From Sphingomonadaceae bacterium (GTDB taxonomy: Bacteria; Pseudomonadota; Alphaproteobacteria; Sphingomonadales; Sphingomonadaceae), in the NCBI GenBank assembly GCA_947451145.1, contig CANFXW010000005.1, positions 66,230-130,229 of the forward strand: a stretch of DNA of 64,000 bases. The letters run 5' to 3'. Shown one piece after another: positions 37,427 to 45,987 of this stretch. The position numbers and the translations under genes were made by a program. Position 1 is the stretch's first letter. Each line of letters opens with the position of its first letter. The notes under the pieces were generated by a model, which saw nothing but the letters and a program-made list of their open reading frames with translations, did not search any database and was not told where the DNA came from.

Positions 37427-38875
37427 ATGGCGGTGACTGACCACAGCTTCGACCTGCTCGAGCGGCGACATGGCTGGAAAGTCGAAGAAGTCCTCGTCGT
37501 CACGCCCTACGTCGAGAAGGAATTCTTCGAACGTCTAGCCAAGGGGCTTCATCCTCAGCGTTTGAGCGTCATTATCGACGACGGTTGTCGCCTCGACGAC
37601 ATCGACATGGTCACTAAGGCCGTGTCCAAGGCAGGTAGCAAGACCGTTGCTGGATTGAGGTGCGTCCTCGGATCAGCGCCGGGACTGATGCATCTTAAGC
37701 TCTTCTACATCGTGTGGCGGACCCCCGGAAAGCGCACAGCGCGCACGCTGATTTTCGGCTCCGCCAACGCGACCAGACAGGGATTCGGCGGATCAGTAAA
37801 CGCCGAACTCATTGCCAGTTGCAGCCTTACCATGGGGCGGCACGCCGACGTCATAAGCTGGTGCAATGCCGCCATCGCCGCCGCGCGGTCGACGGAACAC
37901 ATAAAGCTCGCCGGCGCGAGGGATGTGGAGCTTGGCAAGGGCATACGGCTCAGACTTCCCGCTCTGACCATTGGACGCAAAAAATCGGCGCTCGCGAGCT
38001 TCGATCTGTGGGTTCAGCGTGGATGGCTGCTTTCGGAATATCGGCCCGACCCCGGCTTCCTGCGCGTTCCGATTCATCTCAGCAAGGCGCTTAGTCAGAC
38101 CGAACAGGAGCGTATCGCAGCAACCAGCGGCTTCGCCGTGCCAGCCAAGAAGCGCCTGACCTTTTCCTACGCATTGCCGGAGGGCCAGGTCGGCAACGGC
38201 ACGGACGATGATGACGCAGACGAAAGCGACGAGGGAGGTAATTGGCGACGGAAATTTTTCGTCTGGACCCAACTCGGCGAGTGGTGCTCTGATGCCTGTC
38301 ACCGCGCCGAACATCACCACTTCCGACGAAAGGGCTACCAGCAACGCGAAGAAAGGCTGCGCTGTCTCGAGACGCTGCGGTTGCCGTCTGTCCGACAAGA
38401 AGAGCGCGATCGCTTCCTTGCTTCGCTTACTAAGCTCTGGAACGACTTCGGTGAAGAGGCGAGCGAACTCCTTCGCGGCGGCGATGCGCTGGACGAGCAA
38501 TACTACGCGCAGCTGTTCGACCAGCGTGTGGAGCGCGATCTCGCGCTCGTCGTCGACGGGGAGTTCCAGGATCGCTATCTCACTGGCTACGAATTGAGCC
38601 AAGTCCCCCGCTTTAGGCCCGACGTCCGGGGTTGGCGCGATTTCCTCGAAAGTCTTGCGCGGCAAATCTGCTTAGACGGCGCCCGCAAGCAGAGCCAGTC
38701 GCGACTTCCTCGCGCCATTCTAGAGGCTTTGAAGCTGACGGGCTTAGACGACGCAGGCTTTGATGATCCTGAAATGCTCCTCGAAAAGCTGAAACTTGTT
38801 TTCGAGAAGGGGGAGTGCGGCGACGCTATTATGGCACAGGCAGCGACGACCATCAGCCGGTATCACCTAGACTGA
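37427..38875 (+). CDS. PLD-superfamily (single divergent HKD motif) nuclease-like protein with ~340-aa unknown C-terminal region
   Basis: 482 aa. LVVTPYVE...GLMHLKLFYIVW...LIFGSANATRQGF (H89/K91...G111-S-x-N114 = 37691-37768). The canonical Asp of HxK(x)4D is absent. Acidic stretch DDDDADESDEGG. Confidence 0.55.
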   Translation: MAVTDHSFDLLERRHGWKVEEVLVVTPYVEKEFFERLAKGLHPQRLSVIIDDGCRLDDIDMVTKAVSKAGSKTVAGLRCVLGSAPGLMHLKLFYIVWRTPGKRTARTLIFGSANATRQGFGGSVNAELIASCSLTMGRHADVISWCNAAIAAARSTEHIKLAGARDVELGKGIRLRLPALTIGRKKSALASFDLWVQRGWLLSEYRPDPGFLRVPIHLSKALSQTEQERIAATSGFAVPAKKRLTFSYALPEGQVGNGTDDDDADESDEGGNWRRKFFVWTQLGEWCSDACHRAEHHHFRRKGYQQREERLRCLETLRLPSVRQEERDRFLASLTKLWNDFGEEASELLRGGDALDEQYYAQLFDQRVERDLALVVDGEFQDRYLTGYELSQVPRFRPDVRGWRDFLESLARQICLDGARKQSQSRLPRAILEALKLTGLDDAGFDDPEMLLEKLKLVFEKGECGDAIMAQAATTISRYHLD

Positions 38876-39049
38876 GCCTACACAGAAGTTATTCATTCGT
38901 GAACCTCACACTGGGGCTCGAAAGCGCGCGATGCGCTTGCGAGCGCTGAGTTTGGAGGCAGAGCCTTGCCGGGAGCGGGCGAACCGCCCGGGTTTAGAGA
39001 GAGTGTCCGGGCGTGATCCGCCCTTTCTGCTCTCCCGGAGATCCCACCA

Positions 39050-42000
39050 ATGGCCCATACTCTAACGGACGCAGCGCTTGGCGCTGCGCCGCGCGCATCG
39101 AATTGCTCATTTGATGATCGTTCGCGTGCGCTGCTGACCGCAGCAACCTCGCTCATAGCCCTGCTCGAAACCGGGCAATGTGTTGAATCCGCCTGTTTGC
39201 GGGATGCAATGACGACAGCCTTTGGCGGCACCGATGCTGAAGGCGCATGGGATTGGAAGAGCGCCTACGATGCCTGTGAGGTTGCACAGATCCTGTTTCT
39301 GCGCCGCTTTGGCCCGGCAATCTTGTCTCGCAGTGGCTCCAGATCTCGCTCCCTTGCGCTGATTGAGCGGGTATCGGCTCTCATACCGACCCACACCCGG
39401 CGCTCTGAAACCAGCCAGGCCTTGCAACAATATTCGACGCCAGCGGGTCTATCGTTCGTGGCCGTTGTCGCTGCTTCGATTGGCGTTGGCGAAACTGTGC
39501 TCGAACCTTCTGCTGGCACAGGCATGTTGGCGATTCAGGCCGAACTGGCCGGTGCACAGCTCGTGCTGAATGAACTCGCTGAAGGCCGGGCAGCGCTGCT
39601 GTCGCACTTGTTCTCGGGCGTGGCTGTCAGCAGACATGACGCCGCGTCGATTGATGATCGTTTGCCCATTTCGGCACGCCCGAGCGTCATCCTGATGAAC
39701 CCGCCATTTTCGGCCGTCGCGCATGTTGAGCGGACGATGAAGGACGCCGCGCTTCGCCACCTCGCTTCCGCGCTGGCCCGGCTCGAGAATGGGGGCCGGC
39801 TGGTGGTCATTACCGGCGCTGGCTGTGCTCCTGATGCTCCAGCATGGCGCGATGCTTTCATCCGGTTGCAGGGGACCGGACGTGTGGTCTTCACCGCCGC
39901 CATCGACGGCAAGGTCTATCGCAAGCACGGCACGACGATCGACACGCGATTGACGGTGATCGACAAGTTGCCCGCCTCCGATCCCACGACTTTCGTTCCG
40001 AGTGCAGGGACTGCTTCTGATACCGCGACCTTGCTCAAATGGGTCGAAGCGCAGGTGCCGCCGCGCGGACCGATCGCCCCAATGCCCGGTGCAGGACTGC
40101 ATTGCGCTTCTTCGCCGTCGCCCGCGAGCCGCGCGGTTGCTCGGACTGCGCCGATCAATCCCATGGTCGATGCCGATGCGCCTGAACTCACCTATTCGAC
40201 TGCTGTCTGGGCTCCGCCTGAGGGGCAACTCGGGGACAGCATCTACGAACGATATGGACTTCAATCGGTCGTCATTCCCGGCGCATTGCCACACCCGACG
40301 CCGCTGGTTCAATCCGCGTCGATGGCCTCGGTCGCGCCGCCGAAACCCGCCTATTTCCCGCACTTGCCCGAGCACTTGTTGGCTAATGGCGTGTTGTCCG
40401 ACGCGCAGCTGGAATCCGTAATCTACGCTGGCGAGGCACATTCCGGGCATCTGGCAGGGTCCTGGACCGTTGACGAGACATGGGATCTCGTCTCGGCGGC
40501 GGCTGAAGTAAGCGATGCTGCCGTCCGCTTTCGCCGCGGCTGGTTTCTGGGTGACGGCACGGGCGCAGGCAAAGGGCGTCAGGTCGCAGGCATCATTCTC
40601 GACAACTGGCTCAAAGGCCGCCGCCGTTCGCTCTGGGTTTCGGTATCGGACCGCCTGCTTGAGGATGCTCAGCGCGACTGGTCGGCTTTGGGGCAGGAAC
40701 GACTGCTGGTGACACCCTTGTCGCGCTTCCGTCAGGGCACGCCCATCAAGCTGGCGGAAGGCATCTTGTTCACGACCTATGCGACCCTGCGTTCGCAGGA
40801 GCGGGGCGGTAAAGCGAGCCGGGTCCAGCAGATCGTCGAATGGCTTGGCCGTGACTTTGACGGTGTCATCTTCTTTGACGAGGCGCACGCCATGGCCAAT
40901 GCCGCAGGCGGCAAGGGCGCGCGCGGCGATGTTTCAGCCTCGCAGCAGGGACGGGCGGGCCTGCGGCTGCAACATGCTCTGCCCAATGCCCGCATCGTCT
41001 ATGTCTCGGCCACCGGTGCCACGACGGTGCAGAACCTCGCCTACGCCCAGCGGCTCGGCCTGTGGGGCGGCGAAGACTTTCCTTTCGCCTCACGCGCCGA
41101 CTTCGTGGCCGCGATTGAGGATGGCGGCGTCGCAGCTATGGAAGTGCTGGCCCGCGATCTGAAGGCGCTCGGCCTCTACGCTGCCCGTTCCTTGTCATTC
41201 GATGGCGTCGAATATGACCTGCTCGAGCACCAGCTGACCCCTGAGCAGGTGCGGATTTACGATTCCTATGCCGGAGCATTTCAGGTCATTCACGCCCATC
41301 TCGATGCAGCGCTCGAAGCATCGGGCGTCACCAGTGCATCCCATGGGACCTTGAACGCACAGGCCCGGTCGGCAGCGCGATCAGCTTTCGAAAGCGCCAA
41401 GCAGCGTTTCTTCAATCACCTGATCACCGCAATGCAGACGCCAAGCACCATTCAGGCGATGCAGCGCGATCTTGAGGCCGGTCACGCCTGTGTCGTGCAG
41501 ATCGTATCGACGGGCGAAGCGTTGCAGGAGCGCCGTCTTGCCGAAATCCCGACCGACGAATGGGATGACGTTTCCGTGGACATCACGCCACGTGAATATG
41601 TGCTCGACTATCTCGCGCACAGTTTTCCGGTGCAGCTCTATGAGCCCTTCACCGACAGCGAGGGCAATCTCGCCTCGCGGCCTGCTTTTGATGCCGACGG
41701 CAATCCCATCCTCAACCGTGAAGCCTGCCGAGCCCGTGATGCCATGCTCGAGCGGCTTGCCGCTTTGCCGCCTGTGCCCGGTGCGCTTGACCAGATTGTC
41801 CAGCATTTCGGGAGCGATGCGGTTGCCGAGGTGACCGGACGTTCCCGTCGCATAGTGCCCCGCGCCAGCAGCGATGGTTCGGTGCGCTTCGCCGTCGAAA
41901 ACCGGCCCGCATCAGCTAATATCGCTGAAACCCATGCGTTCATGGATGACAAGAAGCACATCCTTGTCTTCTCCGAGGCTGGCGGCACGGGGCGATCCTA

Positions 42001-43396
42001 TCATGCCGACCTAGGCGTGAAGAACCAGCGCCGCCGCGTCCACTACCTGCTCGAAGCAGGCTGGAAGGCCGACACCGCCATCCAGGGCTTTGGCCGCACC
42101 AACCGCACGAACCAGAAGCAGCCACCGCTGTTTCGCCCGGTATCGACCGACGTGAAGGCGCAGAAGCGCTTCATCTCGACGATCGCCCGAAGGCTCGACA
42201 GTCTCGGAGCGATCACGCGCGGCCAGCGGCAAACCGGCGGCCAGAACATGTTCAGCGCCAGCGACAATCTGGAATCCTACTATGCCCGCGATGCCCTACG
42301 CCAGCTTTACCAATTGCTGGTGCGCGGCAAGATCGATGGCTGTTCGCTAGGGCAATTCGAAACGGCCACCGGCCTGTCTCTGCTCGACAATGACGGCGGG
42401 CTCAAGGACGAGCTTCCACCCATCACGACCTTCCTCAACCGGATGCTGGCGCTCACCATTTCCATGCAGAACATCCTGTTCGAGGCCTTCGAGGGTCTGC
42501 TGACGGCCCGGGTCGAAGGCGCAATCGCCAGCGGCACCTATGAAATGGGCCTCGAAACCCTGCGCGCCGAGAGCTTCTCGGTCTCCGACCGCAAGACCAT
42601 CTACACCCATCCCGGCACCGGAGCTGTGACCCACCTCCTGACCATCGAACGCAAAGACCGGATCGAGCCGGTTGTGCTCGAGAGGGCGCTGGCCATGGCG
42701 ATGGATCGCGATGCCGAACTGGTGATCAACACTCGCTCCGGGCGCGCGGCAGTCAAATTGCGCGCGCGCAGTCTGATCGACGATGATGGCGGCATTCACC
42801 CACGCATCCGCCTCGTCCGGCCTTTGGAGGCGACCAATATCCTCGCGGAGGCGTTTGCGACCAGTCATTGGGAACCGGTGGACCGTGAGCGGTTCAGCGA
42901 AGTCTGGCAGGCCGAACTTGCCGACTTGCCGGAGTTCGAAACCTCGACCCTACACATGGTTTCAGGCCTGCTGCTGCCGATCTGGCGGCGGATCCCCAAC
43001 GAATCGACCCGCGTCTACCGCCTGCAAACCGATGCTGGCGAGCGCGTCATCGGCCGCAAGGTTTCGCCCGCTTGGGTCGCCACGGTGATTGAGCAGGACA
43101 CGGCGTCCGTCGTGCCTGCCGATGCTTGGGCGGTGCTGTGCGCCGGAGATGCCAAACTGCATCTGGCCGAAGATCAGACGCTCGCTCGCGTCCGCGCCAT
43201 GAATGACTGGCGGATCGAACTGACCGGCTTCAACGATCTTGGCATCGAGCGATTGAAGGCAATGGGCTTGATCTCCGAGATCGTCTCGTGGAAACTCAAG
43301 CTCTACATACCGACAGGGGCTGTCGGGGTTGATGTGCTCGCCAAGCTGCTGGACCGGTTTCCGATCCAGCGGATCGCGGCACGCAAAGCCGCCTGA
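39050..43396 (+). CDS. Strawberry-notch-family protein: N-terminal N6-adenine methyltransferase-like domain + P-loop/DEAH helicase
   Basis: 1448 aa. SAM motif VLEPSAGTGMLAI and motif IV NPPF at 39698-39709. FLGDGTGAGKGRQ P-loop and IFFDEAHAM. Typical backbone gene of this ICE type. Confidence 0.8.
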   Translation: MAHTLTDAALGAAPRASNCSFDDRSRALLTAATSLIALLETGQCVESACLRDAMTTAFGGTDAEGAWDWKSAYDACEVAQILFLRRFGPAILSRSGSRSRSLALIERVSALIPTHTRRSETSQALQQYSTPAGLSFVAVVAASIGVGETVLEPSAGTGMLAIQAELAGAQLVLNELAEGRAALLSHLFSGVAVSRHDAASIDDRLPISARPSVILMNPPFSAVAHVERTMKDAALRHLASALARLENGGRLVVITGAGCAPDAPAWRDAFIRLQGTGRVVFTAAIDGKVYRKHGTTIDTRLTVIDKLPASDPTTFVPSAGTASDTATLLKWVEAQVPPRGPIAPMPGAGLHCASSPSPASRAVARTAPINPMVDADAPELTYSTAVWAPPEGQLGDSIYERYGLQSVVIPGALPHPTPLVQSASMASVAPPKPAYFPHLPEHLLANGVLSDAQLESVIYAGEAHSGHLAGSWTVDETWDLVSAAAEVSDAAVRFRRGWFLGDGTGAGKGRQVAGIILDNWLKGRRRSLWVSVSDRLLEDAQRDWSALGQERLLVTPLSRFRQGTPIKLAEGILFTTYATLRSQERGGKASRVQQIVEWLGRDFDGVIFFDEAHAMANAAGGKGARGDVSASQQGRAGLRLQHALPNARIVYVSATGATTVQNLAYAQRLGLWGGEDFPFASRADFVAAIEDGGVAAMEVLARDLKALGLYAARSLSFDGVEYDLLEHQLTPEQVRIYDSYAGAFQVIHAHLDAALEASGVTSASHGTLNAQARSAARSAFESAKQRFFNHLITAMQTPSTIQAMQRDLEAGHACVVQIVSTGEALQERRLAEIPTDEWDDVSVDITPREYVLDYLAHSFPVQLYEPFTDSEGNLASRPAFDADGNPILNREACRARDAMLERLAALPPVPGALDQIVQHFGSDAVAEVTGRSRRIVPRASSDGSVRFAVENRPASANIAETHAFMDDKKHILVFSEAGGTGRSYHADLGVKNQRRRVHYLLEAGWKADTAIQGFGRTNRTNQKQPPLFRPVSTDVKAQKRFISTIARRLDSLGAITRGQRQTGGQNMFSASDNLESYYARDALRQLYQLLVRGKIDGCSLGQFETATGLSLLDNDGGLKDELPPITTFLNRMLALTISMQNILFEAFEGLLTARVEGAIASGTYEMGLETLRAESFSVSDRKTIYTHPGTGAVTHLLTIERKDRIEPVVLERALAMAMDRDAELVINTRSGRAAVKLRARSLIDDDGGIHPRIRLVRPLEATNILAEAFATSHWEPVDRERFSEVWQAELADLPEFETSTLHMVSGLLLPIWRRIPNESTRVYRLQTDAGERVIGRKVSPAWVATVIEQDTASVVPADAWAVLCAGDAKLHLAEDQTLARVRAMNDWRIELTGFNDLGIERLKAMGLISEIVSWKLKLYIPTGAVGVDVLAKLLDRFPIQRIAARKAA

Positions 43397-43407
43397 AGGA
43401 GCCCCGA

Positions 43408-44451
43408 ATGGACAGTCCCGCCACCGATATCGCCCGCCGCCTTGCCGCCTCAGCCGAGGCGGTCTGCCGCCGTTACCTGTCCAATGGTCGCCGAGAAGGC
43501 TGCTACTGGCTGGTCGGCGATGTTCACAATTCGCCGGGTCGCAGTCTCTACGTCCGATTGTCAGCAACAGCCGAAAGCCGGGGAGGCGCGGGCAAATGGA
43601 CAGACGCGCAAAGCGGCGACCATGGTGATCTTCTCGACATTATCGCCGCGAGTTGCTCCCATCGGACCATGCGCGAGACGCTCGACGAAGCCCGCCAATT
43701 CCTGAGCCTGCCGCCGCCTGATGAGTCCAAACTCCGAAACCCGACCATATGCAAAGCGCCGACCGGCACACCAGAAGCGGCCCGGCGCCTATGGGCCGCC
43801 TCAAAGCCGATCACGAACAGCATCGCAGCGCGTTATCTTGGTCGCCGGTCGATCATCGATCTTTCCGGCATTGATCAACTGCGTTTCCATCCGCGCTGTT
43901 ACTATCGGCCTGCTGAAGATGATGTCCCTGGTGTGCGGGAGGCATGGCCCGCAATGATCGCTGCAGTCACCGACAATGAGGGCACTATCACGGGGGTTCA
44001 TCGCACTTGGCTTGATCCACAATCCTACGACAAAGCGGCTGTCGCATATCCACGACGCGCCATGGGGCACTTGCTCGGCTCGGGCGTCCGGTTCGGCAAA
44101 GCGGACGGTGTCATGGTTGCCGGTGAAGGCCTCGAAACAATGCTGTCGCTGCGACAGGTGATGCCATCCATGGCGATGATCGCAGGGCTATCGGCCGCCC
44201 ACCTCGCTGCCATCCAGTTCCCTGCTGCGCTGCACTGCCTCTATGTCGCGCGCGATGATGATCCAGCCGGGGCAACGGCATTGTCGACCTTGACCGAGCG
44301 ATGCGAACCGTTGGGCATTGCGGTCATACCGCTTGAACCCCGGCTCGACGATTTCAACAGCGACCTTACAACCTATGGCCACGAGCAGTTGGCAGCGGCC
44401 ATTCGGGTGCAGCTCAGCGCCGCCGATGCCGTGCGGTTTCTCAAAGAGTGA
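43408..44451 (+). CDS. Toprim-domain protein (primase-like, ICE backbone)
   Basis: 347 aa. Toprim Glu in MVAGEGLETMLSL and DxD in YVARDDDPAG. Confidence 0.7.
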   Translation: MDSPATDIARRLAASAEAVCRRYLSNGRREGCYWLVGDVHNSPGRSLYVRLSATAESRGGAGKWTDAQSGDHGDLLDIIAASCSHRTMRETLDEARQFLSLPPPDESKLRNPTICKAPTGTPEAARRLWAASKPITNSIAARYLGRRSIIDLSGIDQLRFHPRCYYRPAEDDVPGVREAWPAMIAAVTDNEGTITGVHRTWLDPQSYDKAAVAYPRRAMGHLLGSGVRFGKADGVMVAGEGLETMLSLRQVMPSMAMIAGLSAAHLAAIQFPAALHCLYVARDDDPAGATALSTLTERCEPLGIAVIPLEPRLDDFNSDLTTYGHEQLAAAIRVQLSAADAVRFLKE

Positions 44452-44758
44452 GCGAAGCTGGCCGGTAAGCGGGGGATTTTCCGGGGCAGTGGGGCGCATC
44501 GCCACCTCTCCCGGTCCTTGAAGGTCGCCACGCCCTCGGCCTTCGGGAGGGGGCGACTGCGGCAGCGAACACGGGCACCGCAATGGCTGCGCTGCGGCTA
44601 TTTTCCGCCGGGGCTGCGCCCCTTTGCATCGCGAAACAAAATTGCCTTGCTTCGCCATCCTCCGCTGGCGCTCCGGCCGCGCGTTTCCGCGCGGTGCAGA
44701 CCCGTGCCCGCCGCCGCTGGTCGTCGCCACAAAGGCCGCGAGAGGCGCGGCTCAGGAC

Positions 44759-45706
44759 ATGGAGACCATCATGGCAAGCGCCCCAGATCTTCCCCTTGAA
44801 GACACCACCCCCGAACTCGGCCCAACCGCCTATCTCCTCCAGGAAATGCAGCTTTACGGCTATCGGCCCTTCCAGGACGAACCTGATGGCAGGCCGCTAC
44901 CAGATGCCCGCCTTGCCGGTGGCGCGGTCGCCGACATGTTCGACGGGCTTGTCTCAGCTTTGATCGACACCCGCATTGAACCCGATCTCGAAGACCTGCT
45001 CTGGAACCTCGTCAACATCTTCCACCGCGCCGGCGAGCGGGTCGAACGCGATATCGACGACAATGAACAGGCGCAAAAACGCCTTCAGCGCGAACAGGAT
45101 GGCAGCGAAGTGCGCTCGGTCGAACTTGAGCGCCATATTGCCGAAGGCATCTCGCTCATCGAACGCCGCGACACGATGGAATTCTTCCGTGAAGCCGCTG
45201 CCGATCAATTCCGCATCCACGCCCGCAAGGCCTGGACGCCCCGCACCGGATCCCGAGTCAACCGCAAGGCCATGACCTCAGCCATCATCGACAGCCGCGA
45301 CTTCCTCGACAAGCGTGCCAGAGAAAATGCCCGCGTGCTGCTGCCCGAAGGCACCCGTATCGCCTTCACCGGTGGCCCCGACTGCAACGATCACTCGGCG
45401 ATCTGGGATGTCCTCGACCGGGTACATGGGCGTCATGCCGACATGGTCTTGCTCCACGGCGCCACACCCACTGGTGCCGAACGCGCCGCCGCCTGCTGGG
45501 CCGACACGCGCCGCGTGCCACAAGTCGCCTTCCGGCCTGACTGGAACCGACACAAGAAGGCCGCTCCATTCAAGCGCAACGACCGTATGCTCGAAGCTCT
45601 GCCAGTAGGTCTGGTCGTATTTCCGGGCACCGGCATCCAGGACAATCTGGCTGACAAGGCGCGCAAGATGGGCATTCCGCTCTGGGACTTCCGCGAGAAG
45701 CGATGA
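44759..45706 (+). CDS. DUF2493 (SLOG-like) domain protein
   Basis: C-terminal IAFTGGPDCNDHSAIWDVLDRVHGRHADMVLLHGATPTGAERAAACWA. Start is uncertain: ATG 44759, or ATG 44771 which has GGAGA upstream. The track start 44624 looks over-extended. Confidence 0.6.
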   Translation: METIMASAPDLPLEDTTPELGPTAYLLQEMQLYGYRPFQDEPDGRPLPDARLAGGAVADMFDGLVSALIDTRIEPDLEDLLWNLVNIFHRAGERVERDIDDNEQAQKRLQREQDGSEVRSVELERHIAEGISLIERRDTMEFFREAAADQFRIHARKAWTPRTGSRVNRKAMTSAIIDSRDFLDKRARENARVLLPEGTRIAFTGGPDCNDHSAIWDVLDRVHGRHADMVLLHGATPTGAERAAACWADTRRVPQVAFRPDWNRHKKAAPFKRNDRMLEALPVGLVVFPGTGIQDNLADKARKMGIPLWDFREKR

Positions 45707-45987
45707 GACGGTTAGCTTCGTCCATTCTCACTTAGAATGGCCGGTTTAAGTTTCAGAAAGTGAGGTGGCTCCCCTCACATGTGCGAAGTGCAATGTCGGC
45801 ATACGCCGAACCCTGCCATTCGGAAGTTTGACGCTAGCTGGGCAGTCAGGGGCCCGTCCCAGTGGTTCGATTTAGACTGAAAGCATCCGCAGTTCGCTTT
45901 TCATCTTCGAAAAATTGGCGAGTCGTTTGTGAACCCATCGCGTGTATGGGTGATGTCACAGAAAGACGGCTATGACGGAAGTAACCG

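Noticed and set aside
31966-38940. Shared 10-mer AAAGCGCGCG near both edges of cargo block C (about 31968 and 38927) as a target-site duplication or recombination scar
   Set aside because: It is too short and too GC-rich to distinguish from chance in this genome, and the flanking bases do not extend the match convincingly. Alignment with an empty-site ICE is needed.
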